Virus record (IMG/VR): IMGVR_UViG_3300044732_001653
Span: 7,518-71,517 of that record
Direction: 5' to 3' (one strand)
Source of the DNA: a virus
Length of the DNA stretch: 64,000 bases
The position numbers were made by a program, and so were the translations under genes. Numbering within the stretch: position 1 is the stretch's first letter; every line of letters begins with the position of its first letter. Below are positions 1 to 8,890 of the stretch, piece after piece. Under the pieces are notes generated by a model. The model was not told the DNA's origin, ran no database searches, and worked only from the letters and a program-made list of their open reading frames with translations.

Positions 1-7
1 CACGCAG

Positions 8-415
8 ATGGAAAAGATCGTCGCCGCGGTCCCGACCTCGGTCGGCAGTTCGGCAGTGACCCTGACCGTCGACACCCTCGGGTACGACCAAGTCAGCTTC
101 GTGGCGATCCGGGCCGCCAACGCGGCCACGACCTTCGCCTCGGTCCTGAAGGTCGAGCAGTCCAGCGACGACTCGACCTACGTCGCCGTCCCCGGTTTCA
201 CCGGCGGAACGGACTTCACGATCGCGACGGCGACGACCGTCACCGCCGTGGCCTACAAGCTGGACGTCGATGCCAAGGCGCTGCGGCGTTACCTGAAGCT
301 GACGGTCACGCCGTCGGCCTCGATCAACATGGTGGCCTCGGCTCGTCTGTCGCGTGGCGAGAACGCCCCGACGACCGCGAGCGAGGCTGGCTGCATCGGT
401 TGGGTGGTTGGCTGA
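8..415 (+). CDS. Head decoration/cement-like virion protein (may begin before the window)
   Basis: Beta-rich Ala/Thr/Val protein with 'KRY/RRYLKL' C-terminal motif; located upstream of head-tail connector genes. Confidence 0.5.
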   Translation: MEKIVAAVPTSVGSSAVTLTVDTLGYDQVSFVAIRAANAATTFASVLKVEQSSDDSTYVAVPGFTGGTDFTIATATTVTAVAYKLDVDAKALRRYLKLTVTPSASINMVASARLSRGENAPTTASEAGCIGWVVG

Positions 416-488
416 TCTCATGCGGGACGGCCATTGACGGCCGGCAAGGCGCAGGGAAGCGCGCCCGCTCCTTACTTGGAGCGTCAAA

Positions 489-1214
489 ATGCTGGTTCGC
501 GTCGGAAACACAGAAGCCGAAGTGAAGGTCGCCGCGGTCATGTCCATGCCGCGGCTGGGCTTCACGGACAACTTCTTCTGCGTGGCGTCGGCCCTGGCGC
601 CACACGGCATCTCGCCGGTCAAAGTGACGGGTGCCTACTGGGGTCAGAGCCTCCAGATGGCCATCGAGTCGGTCATCGAGGACGCCGACTGGGTGCTGAC
701 CATCGACTACGACACGATCTTCAGCGCGAAGACCGTCGAGGCCCTCCTCACGCTCGCGATGTGGAGCGGAGTCGACGCGATCGCCCCTCTTCAGGTGAAG
801 CGGGAGGCCAACGCGGTCATGTTCGCCCTGGCGGGCTCAACGCCGGACGAGCAGACGCAGGTCGGCGACGACTGGTTCAAGAAGCCGGTGCAGCCGGTGG
901 AGACCTCGCACTTCGGCCTGACGTTCCTTCGGGCATCGGCCCTGAAGGCCACGCCGCGGCCGTGGTTCGTCGAGACGGCCAACGAGAAGGGCACGTTCGA
1001 TGGCGGCCACATGGACGCCGACATCGCATTCTGGAAGCAGTTCCGCAAGAGCGGGCACAAGCTGGGGCTGGCGACGCACGTCAGCGTCGGCCACGCCGAA
1101 CTGATGATCACTTGGCCGTCGCGGCAGGTGGCCGACTGCAAGGTTCTCCAGCACACGACGGACTATTGGAAGCACGGCCAGAAGGCACCAGAGAAGGCTT
1201 GGGGGCAGGTATGA
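489..1214 (+). CDS. GT-A fold (family 2-like) glycosyltransferase
   Basis: DxD motif in 'WVLTIDYDTIF', 'HFGLTFLR', 'DADIAFW', 'VSVGH' match GT2-like phage enzymes. Confidence 0.7.
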   Translation: MLVRVGNTEAEVKVAAVMSMPRLGFTDNFFCVASALAPHGISPVKVTGAYWGQSLQMAIESVIEDADWVLTIDYDTIFSAKTVEALLTLAMWSGVDAIAPLQVKREANAVMFALAGSTPDEQTQVGDDWFKKPVQPVETSHFGLTFLRASALKATPRPWFVETANEKGTFDGGHMDADIAFWKQFRKSGHKLGLATHVSVGHAELMITWPSRQVADCKVLQHTTDYWKHGQKAPEKAWGQV

Positions 1215-1390
1215 AGATTCGCATCCTCATGGGATTCGACGGCTACGAGGCCGGTCAGGTGTTCCCTGACTGGCCTGCGGGCATGTGCGAGTCGTTGATC
1301 GGGCGGCGGATGATCGAGGAAGTCAAGGACGAGCCGGCCCCGTCGCCCGAGCCGGGGCCAAAGCCGGTCGTAACCGGCAAGAGGAAGTAG
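1211..1390 (+). CDS. Small head-associated protein
   Basis: ATG at 1211 overlaps previous stop; MKIRIL..GYEAGQV..GMCESLIGR pattern typical of small proteins preceding head-tail connectors. Confidence 0.55.
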   Translation: MKIRILMGFDGYEAGQVFPDWPAGMCESLIGRRMIEEVKDEPAPSPEPGPKPVVTGKRK

Positions 1391-1393
1391 CCC

Positions 1394-2035
1394 ATGGACT
1401 ACATCGTCTTCGGGACGCCGCAGCGGCCCACCCCGACGATCACGCCATTCCGAAGCCTCGTCCGCATCTCACAGCCGGCGGTCGAGCCGGTGTCGCTTGC
1501 CGAGGCGAAGGTCCAGGCCCGCGTCGACACTGAGGCCGACGACGCCTACATCCAGGCGTTGATCGCCGTCGCGCGGCAGTACGTCGAGGACATCCTCGAT
1601 ATCACCCTCCTCACGACCGTCTGGGAGACGTCCTACGACCTCTTCCCGGTCTGGCAGATTGTCCTGCCCAGGCCGATGCTCCAGGCGGCCAACGTCACTG
1701 TGAGCTATCGCCTTGGGGACGGCTTGATGTCCACCAAGAGCAGCGCGGCCGGAGACTTCAGGGTCGACACCCGCACGGTCCCCGGCCGCATCTATCCCAA
1801 CTGGTCGGACACATGGCCCGGCGTCCGCGGCGACGAGAACAGCGTCGTCGTCAACTACACCGCCGGCTTCGGCGACGACGGGTCGAGCGTGCCGCCTGTC
1901 TACAAGCACTTGATCATGATGCTGGTGGCACATTGGTACGACACGCGGCAGATCGTGGCGCCGGGCACCTACGGGACGATTCCGAAGACGTTCGACACGC
2001 TGCTGGCCGTGGCTGATCTGGGGGTATTTAGGTAG
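1394..2035 (+). CDS. Head-tail connector (HK97 gp6/phiE125 gp8-like)
   Basis: 'PAVEPVSLAEAKVQARVD..DDAYIQALIAVARQYVE', 'YTAGFG', 'LVAHWYDTR'. Confidence 0.9.
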   Translation: MDYIVFGTPQRPTPTITPFRSLVRISQPAVEPVSLAEAKVQARVDTEADDAYIQALIAVARQYVEDILDITLLTTVWETSYDLFPVWQIVLPRPMLQAANVTVSYRLGDGLMSTKSSAAGDFRVDTRTVPGRIYPNWSDTWPGVRGDENSVVVNYTAGFGDDGSSVPPVYKHLIMMLVAHWYDTRQIVAPGTYGTIPKTFDTLLAVADLGVFR

Positions 2036-2072
2036 TAGCGGGCTGGAATTAGGTAGCAAACTAGGTACTACG

Positions 2073-2405
2073 ATGACACTTCGGTCAAAGCTCGACGTCG
2101 ATCTCGTCTGCCACGACGCTGGCACGGCGACGTTCGTCGTCAACAGCGTCTCCGACCACTTCCTCATTGAGCCGAACGTCATTCAGTACATCGGATCAGC
2201 GACCGTGGGCACATCGGCGATCTCGATCTCCGGCCCGACGGTACTGTCGACTTTGGTCGTCAAGAACGAGGGTGCGCAGCCCCTGCGGCTCGCGGGGGCG
2301 ATCGACGTCTCCGCGGGCCGCGTGGCGGTCCTGCCGGTCACGGCGACGGTCACGGTGGCCTCGGTGAGCGGCCAGGGCTCCTACACGGCGTTGTGGGTGG
2401 GCTGA
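2073..2405 (+). CDS. Hypothetical virion protein
   Basis: ORF tightly coupled within the morphogenesis operon. Confidence 0.6.
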   Translation: MTLRSKLDVDLVCHDAGTATFVVNSVSDHFLIEPNVIQYIGSATVGTSAISISGPTVLSTLVVKNEGAQPLRLAGAIDVSAGRVAVLPVTATVTVASVSGQGSYTALWVG

Positions 2406-2722
2406 TGATCCATGCCGGCATGATGCGCGAGCGGGTGCTTCTCCAGAAGCCGGCGACGAACCGGACGGGCATGGGGTCTGCGAATCTGGAGTGGGAGGAC
2501 GTCGCCGAGGTATGGGCCAGCGTCCTCGGCCTTTCGTCCCGCGAAATCCTCCAGGCGATGCAGGCAAACGCCATCGTGAGCCACAAGGTCCGCATCCGGT
2601 TCCACCCCGGCATCGAACACACATGGCGGATGGTGTGGCGTGGCCGCGTGATGGAGATTTCGAGCATCGTCGAGCGTGAGGTTCGGGCGATCCATGAGAT
2701 TCTGGCGAAGGAGGTGACGTGA
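2405..2722 (+). CDS. Head closure/head-tail adaptor (SPP1 gp16-like)
   Basis: 'AGMMRERVLLQ', 'WEDVAEVWASV', 'HKVRIRF', 'MRMVWRGRVMEI'-type motifs. Confidence 0.9.
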   Translation: MIHAGMMRERVLLQKPATNRTGMGSANLEWEDVAEVWASVLGLSSREILQAMQANAIVSHKVRIRFHPGIEHTWRMVWRGRVMEISSIVEREVRAIHEILAKEVT

Positions 2723-3507
2723 TGGCTGTCGGAAACAGATACGGCGCCTTCGCGAGAGTCCTGTCTTCCGGGTTGACCGCAAAGAAGACGGCCGAGGGGT
2801 TCGTCGGCGTTCGGGTCAACGGAATCAGGGAACTTGCCCAGCAACTCCAGGGCTTCGTGGGGGTACTTGAGAGCGACGCCGTTCTATTCAACGCCGTCGA
2901 GAGCGGCGCCAAGATCATCGGCGACGACTACAAGCGACGGGCTTCGATCCACATGGCGACGGGCAACCTCGCCAAGTCGGTCGATTCCAAGAAGAAGCGG
3001 TACGAGAACAAGAGCGGCGGCGTCGTCGCAGTCGCGGTCGTCGGCCCGAAAAGCACGGGAAACGGCGGCGCCTCCGAGAAGGGTGGTTCGGGGAACCACA
3101 GCTTTCTCATCGAGTTCGGCAGTGGACCCCGGCGCCCAGGAACCCAGGGTCGTCGGACCTACGTCAACGTCCACCAGAGGATCAACGGACGCATGATGCG
3201 TAGGGCAGGCCGCATGAATGACGAGGCGTTCGCCAATGCCGGCCGCGGCTACTACTTCTTGATGGGAAGCCTGCGCGAGCGAGCGGGTCAACCTGCGGGC
3301 AGGCCGGGCTACTCGCGCGACTTCGCCGGCCCCGGCCCTCGCGGCGACGGCAGGCCGCAGCACCCGATCACGCTCAAGCCCGGCGAAGTGATCGCCCCGA
3401 TGCCTGCTCACCACTGGATGCAGGAGTCAATCGCGAACCAACGGATGAACGTCTACAACCAAGTCGTTCGCGTTCTGAGGAATGCCGTTTCGGCATACGC
3501 CGCATGA
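2719..3507 (+). CDS. HK97 gp10-like tail completion protein
   Basis: 'TGNLAKS', 'HSFLIEFG', 'MPAHHWM'; syntenic position. Confidence 0.75.
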   Translation: MMAVGNRYGAFARVLSSGLTAKKTAEGFVGVRVNGIRELAQQLQGFVGVLESDAVLFNAVESGAKIIGDDYKRRASIHMATGNLAKSVDSKKKRYENKSGGVVAVAVVGPKSTGNGGASEKGGSGNHSFLIEFGSGPRRPGTQGRRTYVNVHQRINGRMMRRAGRMNDEAFANAGRGYYFLMGSLRERAGQPAGRPGYSRDFAGPGPRGDGRPQHPITLKPGEVIAPMPAHHWMQESIANQRMNVYNQVVRVLRNAVSAYAA

Positions 3508-3935
3508 TCATTTCCCCAGAGCAGCACATCAGCCTCAAGCTCATCACCTCGCCGCGGGTGGCGAGGTACGTCGGCTTCAACGTGTACCCGCTGGCGGTGC
3601 CGAAGGACGCTCCGTTCCCGTTCCTTCTTTACCGACGGGCCAACATCTCGCGGGAATCAACGATCACAAGCAGCGGGCCAATCTACGCCCCGGTGGCGAC
3701 GATTCAGATTGCCTGCTGGGCGCTTGACTATGACACCGCCCGAGCGGTTGCCGATGAGGTTCGACTCGCGCTTGATGGCGGCACCGGCACGCTCGCAAAC
3801 GCTACAATACAAGATATGAGGCTGGTTTCTGAGCTTGACGATTTCTTGGACCCATCAGTCCAGGGAGCGCAGCTTCCACCGGCCTACGAGGTCAGGCAGG
3901 CATACCAAGTCCGGTGGCAGGAATCGGTCGGATAA
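3504..3935 (+). CDS. Tail terminator (DUF3168-like)
   Basis: 'VYPLAVP..APFPFLLY', 'IQIACWA..YDTARAVADEVRLALDG'. Confidence 0.85.
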   Translation: MIISPEQHISLKLITSPRVARYVGFNVYPLAVPKDAPFPFLLYRRANISRESTITSSGPIYAPVATIQIACWALDYDTARAVADEVRLALDGGTGTLANATIQDMRLVSELDDFLDPSVQGAQLPPAYEVRQAYQVRWQESVG

Positions 3936-3954
3936 CCGCAAGGAGGCTTCTTCG

Positions 3955-4290
3955 ATGGCAGGCATTTCCGCACAGGGTCTGACGTGTTCTTTCGGCGGCA
4001 CCGTCCTGACGGTGACGAGCGTCCAGGTCAGCGACCAACAGGACTTGATCGATGGCAGTCACCTCGGAATCGCCCCGAACGGCCGCAAGGAGTTCGTCGG
4101 TGGGTTCGCAACTAACCGTGAGGTGTCTGTCGACGTCATCTCGACGACCGTCCTCACGGCCGGCACGTCTGGCGTGCTTTCGATCACGGGGCCGATGGTG
4201 TTCTCGGGCAACTCGACGATCACCTCGGCGAGTACCGGCGGCTCCGTCGGCGCGCTCATCTCGGGCAGTGTCACGTTCAAGGTCGCCTGA
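3955..4290 (+). CDS. Tail tube protein-like, paralogue 1
   Basis: Follows tail terminator; AAGGAGG RBS; 'MAGISAQG..F', 'IDGSHLG', C-terminal 'GSVTFKV'. Confidence 0.65.
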   Translation: MAGISAQGLTCSFGGTVLTVTSVQVSDQQDLIDGSHLGIAPNGRKEFVGGFATNREVSVDVISTTVLTAGTSGVLSITGPMVFSGNSTITSASTGGSVGALISGSVTFKVA

Positions 4291-4307
4291 CGACGGGAGT
4301 GTGAAGC

Positions 4308-4679
4308 ATGGCCGGCGTTACAGCGCAAGGCGCCACGTTCACATTCAACGGGGCGGTGGCGATCATTACCGGCCTGTCGATCAACACGCCGAAGGCGGAA
4401 ATCGTCGACATGACCGGGATCAACGATGCCGCGAATACGACGGTCATGGTGCCCACGGGGGCTATAAGCCCTGGCAGCGTGACTGTCGACTACATCCACG
4501 CCTACGGTGGCCTCGACCCCCAGGCGGTGATTGGCGTTCGGGGGCCGCTTGTCTTCGGCTCGCCGGGGTACAGCGTCACCCGGAACGTCATCCTTGAATC
4601 AGCCAGCACGGAAGTCAGGTCTGGCGATGTCGTGCGAGGTTCCCTGAACTTCGTGATGACAGATTACTACGGTCCTTGA
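4308..4679 (+). CDS. Tail tube protein-like, paralogue 2
   Basis: 'MAGVTAQG..F', 'IVDMT', 'PGSVTVDY', 'GSLNF'; aligns by eye with preceding ORF. Confidence 0.65.
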   Translation: MAGVTAQGATFTFNGAVAIITGLSINTPKAEIVDMTGINDAANTTVMVPTGAISPGSVTVDYIHAYGGLDPQAVIGVRGPLVFGSPGYSVTRNVILESASTEVRSGDVVRGSLNFVMTDYYGP

Positions 4680-4692
4680 ACGAGGTTTTCTC

Positions 4693-5073
4693 ATGGCCGG
4701 TCTCTCTGCCAGTCAGATCATTTCCGCAAACGACACCAAGGTGGAGCCCGTCGAGGTTCCTGAGTGGGGCGGCACGGTGTACGTCCGAGTTCTTCGCGGC
4801 ACCGACCGCGACCAGTTTGAGGAGTGGATCAACAAGGAGAAGGACCGCGCCGTCCGGTGCAGGTTCCTTGTTCTTTCCCTCTGTGACGAGCGCGGCGCGT
4901 TGCTGTTCACCCCTGATCAGGTAGCGCAGCTTGGCGAGAAGTCCGGCGACGTCCTGGCTCGCGTATTCGACCGGGCCTGGGACATCAACTACCTGTCGGC
5001 GAAGGCGGTCGACGCGCTGGGAAAAGATTCGCCGAGCGGCCAGAGCGACGGTTCTATCACCGCCTCGCGCTAG
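4693..5073 (+). CDS. Tail assembly chaperone (lambda gpG-like)
   Basis: 'VEVPEWGGTVYVRVLRGTDRDQFE', 'LCDERGALLFT'; immediately upstream of tape measure. Confidence 0.85.
   Translation: MAGLSASQIISANDTKVEPVEVPEWGGTVYVRVLRGTDRDQFEEWINKEKDRAVRCRFLVLSLCDERGALLFTPDQVAQLGEKSGDVLARVFDRAWDINYLSAKAVDALGKDSPSGQSDGSITASR
5019..5025 (+). other. -1 programmed ribosomal frameshift site G GGA AAA
   Basis: XXXYYYZ heptamer in correct phase; the -1 frame is open (GKRFAERPERRFYHRLALALGGMTV) into ORF 5085-5360. Confidence 0.85.
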
Positions 5074-5360
5074 CCCTCGGCGGGATGACGGTCTCGGAGA
5101 TGCTCTCGCGAATGGACTCGCAAGAGCTATCCGAGTGGTACGCATACGACCAGCGGTGGCCGCTCGATGATGGCTGGCAGCAGACCGCAAGAATCTGCCG
5201 GATCATCATGGCCTCGTCTGGCAACTACGGCAACAAGGTGCCGGAGGAGTCGGCGTTCATCCCGGCGACGAGACGGGTCGAGCAGACGCAGGACCAGATC
5301 ATCGCCGAACTGATGAAGCTCACGAAGAAGCCCGGCGAAGACATCAACGCGAGCGTGTGA
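5019..5360 (+). CDS. Tail assembly chaperone gpT part (expressed as gpGT fusion)
   Basis: 'RLALALGGMTVSEMLSRMDSQELSEW.AY' resembles lambda gpT-like sequences. Confidence 0.8.
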   Translation, partial: GKRFAERPERRFYHRLALALGGMTVSEMLSRMDSQELSEWYAYDQRWPLDDGWQQTARICRIIMASSGNYGNKVPEESAFIPATRRVEQTQDQIIAELMKLTKKPGEDINASV

Positions 5361-8300
5361 TGAGTGCAGGATATCTCGGGAAAATCTCAGCGCTCGTCAC
5401 CGTCAACACCACGGACATTGCGTCCAAGGTGCAGAGCGGTTTCGCGGCTCCGTTTGAGAACGCCCTGAGATCGATCGAGAACTCCCTTCGGAACACGAAC
5501 AGGTCCGTCGAGAAGTCGTTCGCGGATATGTACACGACCAGCCAGAAGCGCCTTCGCGCCATGGCTGCGGCGCAGATGGGAGCCGTCAAGAACTTCAACT
5601 CCGACGACTTCTCAAAGCGATTCGCTGTCAGCGATGGCATTGCAACAACGCTTGGGAAGCTCGCCAGGGAGGTTGAGAAAACCTCGGGGACGATTCGTGA
5701 GCGGTTTGAGCCCGCGCTCGTCTCAGCCCAAGCCGAGGCTCAAGAGCTAATCGACCGCCTCGACGAGGGTCTCCCGGTCGCAATCGACGAAATCGGGAGA
5801 ATGGCAAACAGAGTCGACGACCTCACTCGTTCGTTCGACGCGGCGGGCAGCGCGGCTGCGAGGATGGAGAAGGTACTAAAGGACAACGAGGGGCTTCGCA
5901 CCAACCTTGCCACAGAGCGGCGACTTGCGGCCAACGTCGGTGCATCCTCGTCGCTTGCCGACAGGAGAGCGATGCTTCGTCGGGAGGAGATTGCAGGACA
6001 GAACATCGGGCTTCGCACCAACCTTGCCACAGAGCGGCGACTTGCGGCCAACGTCGGTGCATCCTCGTCGCTTGCCGACAGGAGAGCGATGCTTCGTCGG
6101 GAGGAGATTGCAGGACAGAACATCGGGCTTCGCACCAACCTTGCCACGGAGCGGCGACTTGCTGCCAACGTCGGAGCATCCTCGACTTGGGCGCCCGGCG
6201 CGCGAGAGGCATTGGTGAGGGCAAACATCGGCGCATCGTCGCCGGTGTCGTTTCAGACTCCATACCGCCGCGGTCTCGTCGGCCCGGCCGGGCCCATAAC
6301 AACCGGCATGAGTCCGGTGTCCATCGCTGGATCGGGTGCGAGGACCAATCTGCCAGACGGGTATCTCCAGAGGGTCGTGCGTGAAGCCGCCGAAAGAAGG
6401 CAGCAGACGCTTGATGAGTCGGCGGCCAGGGCAAGAGACGCCGCCCAGCGCGCTCGCCAAGAGGACATAAACCGGCAACGGGAGGCGGCTGCTCGATTCT
6501 CAGCGCAGGCCGTGACATCTCGACGATCCGCGTCGGACGAGTTCGCTGGGTCGCTTGGTGGGCGAGGCGCTAGAGGCGTGGCTCTCGGGCTTGATCGCAA
6601 CGCACTCGCCGCGTCCACCGCGGAACTTCAGATCATTCAGCGGGCCATTGGAAGAGCCTCGGCCGAGGCCCGAGGCCCCGCGGTTGAGGCTTTCGTCAGA
6701 CTGAAGAACGCAATCTCCGAAGCCTTTGAGAACGGAACGATCGACTCCGAGGCCACTCGGAGGAACATCGCCAGACTCAGGACCGAGGCGGTAAACAGTG
6801 CCGCCCAGGTTGGCGGCGTGAATCGACGGGGGCTGAACAGCGACGTGAACCGGGCCGGAGATATAGCCAGAGGAGGAGCCGACAAGCTCAGTCTCGCTCT
6901 CCAGCAGGCCGGCTTTGCCATCGACGACTTCTTCTCGGCGACGGGCGGAATGGATCAGAAAATCCGCGCCGTCAGCAACAACATCTCCCAGATGGCCTTC
7001 ATTCTCGGTGGCACGGCCGGGCTGTTCACCGGGCTCGCCTTCACCATCGGGTCTCAGGCAGTCGTAGCGTTGATGAAGTGGGCCGACGCCGGCAGAACGT
7101 CCGCAGACAGGACGGAAGCGCTAAACAAGGCCCTCGAAAGGCAGAAGTCGATCGCCGAAGAGCTTGCCACAGCCTACCGCGATCTCGCGAAGAGCCTTAC
7201 GGCCGCGATGTCTCCTCAGGGAGTGAAAGCAGCCGAACGTGCGAAGCAATTATCGGACCTGACCAGCAAGCGCAAGCAGTCGATGGAGGAGGACATCTTC
7301 GCGAATGACGTCGGCGTAGCGAGCGCCAGAGCCAGCGTCGCGATGGAAGAGAAAAGGGCGATGATCTCCGTAACGCCTGTCCAGCAGCAGGCAGCGCAAC
7401 TTCGCATCGCGCTCGCCAAGCGACAGGTGGAGGATGCCAAGCGGGAGTCTTTGGCGAGAAACGCGGCGTTCAACGACTTCGTCGACCGAGGCGTCGCCGG
7501 AGGCCCAGGGGCCGCCGTGCAGGCTTCCATTCAGCAAGCCATACAGACGTTCGGCCGCATCCGAATGTCTGACATGAGGCCCGCGGAGGCTCGCCAGTTT
7601 GAGCAGGGCGTCAACGCACAGATGAATGCTGTCCCTATGGCTGGCAGCAAGGCCGAGGCCGCCGCACAGCTTCGTGCCTATCTTGATCAAGAGTTCAGGA
7701 CAAACGAGAACGCCCGAGCGCCTGGCACCGTCGCTTCTCCTATCGTCGCCGGACTCCTGGAGCAGCTTGCTCGCCTTGAGTTTGGGCTCAAGGATGCGAA
7801 CACCGCAATCATTGACAGCGTCAACAAGTCCCTCGTTGACACATCGGACGTGCTTGAGAACGCGAGCAAGTCCCTCGACTCCGCGGCTATGGAGACGCAG
7901 GGAGTAACTGCTCTCCGCACCGAGATCGATCGAGTAGCCGCGAGCTTGGAGGCACTGTCCCTGGCGGCCTCAGAGACGACCGACAAGGGCGTTCTCGCTG
8001 CGATTGCCGAGGACGCGGAAGCGGCCAAGGTGCTTGGTGAACGGCTGAATGGGGCCGCTCGCAAGGCAAAGGAGTTCGCCGACAAGCTGCAAGAAGCGAT
8101 CACAGAGGAGAACAACGCAGCCGCGAGAGGCGTTGACCTCGGCAGGATTCGCGACCAAGGCGCTCAAGCCGAAGACATCCGCGCGGCCGCGGCGAACATC
8201 GGAAACAACGCAGAGCGAAACGCCTTCGTTGCGAGGGCTTTCGGAAACGTCGTCGCCGACACGCAAACGATCCTGAAGGGATTTGCGCAAGAGCGAGAGA

Positions 8301-8509
8301 ACGCCATTCTCGGCGGCCCCAGTCGTGCCGCCTTGAACGCCTCCGACGTGTCGACGATGGAGGGGCAGCGGGAACTCAATCGACTCCTTCGCGGAGACGA
8401 CCCGAATCGAGATGTGAACTTCGCCGAGATGAAGCACCAGAGTGAACTTCTTCAAACAATCGCAGACCGAATCCTCGCCGCGACCGGGATCGCGGTTGAG
8501 TTTCGGTAG
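5357..8509 (+). CDS. Tape measure protein
   Basis: 1050 aa Ala/Arg-rich helical protein after gpG/GT; 'QQAGFAIDDF..IRAVSNNISQM' plus hydrophobic segment. Confidence 0.9.
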   Translation: MMSAGYLGKISALVTVNTTDIASKVQSGFAAPFENALRSIENSLRNTNRSVEKSFADMYTTSQKRLRAMAAAQMGAVKNFNSDDFSKRFAVSDGIATTLGKLAREVEKTSGTIRERFEPALVSAQAEAQELIDRLDEGLPVAIDEIGRMANRVDDLTRSFDAAGSAAARMEKVLKDNEGLRTNLATERRLAANVGASSSLADRRAMLRREEIAGQNIGLRTNLATERRLAANVGASSSLADRRAMLRREEIAGQNIGLRTNLATERRLAANVGASSTWAPGAREALVRANIGASSPVSFQTPYRRGLVGPAGPITTGMSPVSIAGSGARTNLPDGYLQRVVREAAERRQQTLDESAARARDAAQRARQEDINRQREAAARFSAQAVTSRRSASDEFAGSLGGRGARGVALGLDRNALAASTAELQIIQRAIGRASAEARGPAVEAFVRLKNAISEAFENGTIDSEATRRNIARLRTEAVNSAAQVGGVNRRGLNSDVNRAGDIARGGADKLSLALQQAGFAIDDFFSATGGMDQKIRAVSNNISQMAFILGGTAGLFTGLAFTIGSQAVVALMKWADAGRTSADRTEALNKALERQKSIAEELATAYRDLAKSLTAAMSPQGVKAAERAKQLSDLTSKRKQSMEEDIFANDVGVASARASVAMEEKRAMISVTPVQQQAAQLRIALAKRQVEDAKRESLARNAAFNDFVDRGVAGGPGAAVQASIQQAIQTFGRIRMSDMRPAEARQFEQGVNAQMNAVPMAGSKAEAAAQLRAYLDQEFRTNENARAPGTVASPIVAGLLEQLARLEFGLKDANTAIIDSVNKSLVDTSDVLENASKSLDSAAMETQGVTALRTEIDRVAASLEALSLAASETTDKGVLAAIAEDAEAAKVLGERLNGAARKAKEFADKLQEAITEENNAAARGVDLGRIRDQGAQAEDIRAAAANIGNNAERNAFVARAFGNVVADTQTILKGFAQERENAILGGPSRAALNASDVSTMEGQRELNRLLRGDDPNRDVNFAEMKHQSELLQTIADRILAATGIAVEFR
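5891..6186 (+). repeat. 117-bp (39-aa) tandem repeat, about 2.5 copies, in tape measure gene
   Basis: Copies start at 5891, 6008 and 6125; first two appear identical over their shared span, third carries synonymous changes. Confidence 0.95.
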
Positions 8510-8515
8510 GAGAGA

Positions 8516-8887
8516 ATGATGGCTGACCTGACCCTCGGGACGACGATCGTAGTGAGCAAGGGGAGCCTTTATTCGTCGCTCTATGCGTCGAACGTCACGG
8601 CGACCATGAGCCAAGCAGGGCTCAAGACGACCGTCTACACGCTCTCGTCGACTGCCGTGTCGCTCTCTACGGCGAACCTGTCGTCGGTCGGCGTGGCGCA
8701 GTTCTGGAACATCTCCGGGGACACAAACGCTACCGTGCTAGTGTCTGCCGTGAGTGGGGCAAGCGTCGTCGGGTTTGCGGCGCCTCGGCCGGGCGAACCG
8801 GCGCTCATGCGGCTCCCGAGTGGCGTGAGCTTCCAAGCCACCGGCCACACGGCCGCGACACTCCGCGTCGACATCACCGAGGGCTGA
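8516..8887 (+). CDS. Hypothetical tail protein
   Basis: Ser/Thr-rich ORF directly after tape measure. Confidence 0.6.
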   Translation: MMADLTLGTTIVVSKGSLYSSLYASNVTATMSQAGLKTTVYTLSSTAVSLSTANLSSVGVAQFWNISGDTNATVLVSAVSGASVVGFAAPRPGEPALMRLPSGVSFQATGHTAATLRVDITEG

Positions 8888-8890
8888 CCA

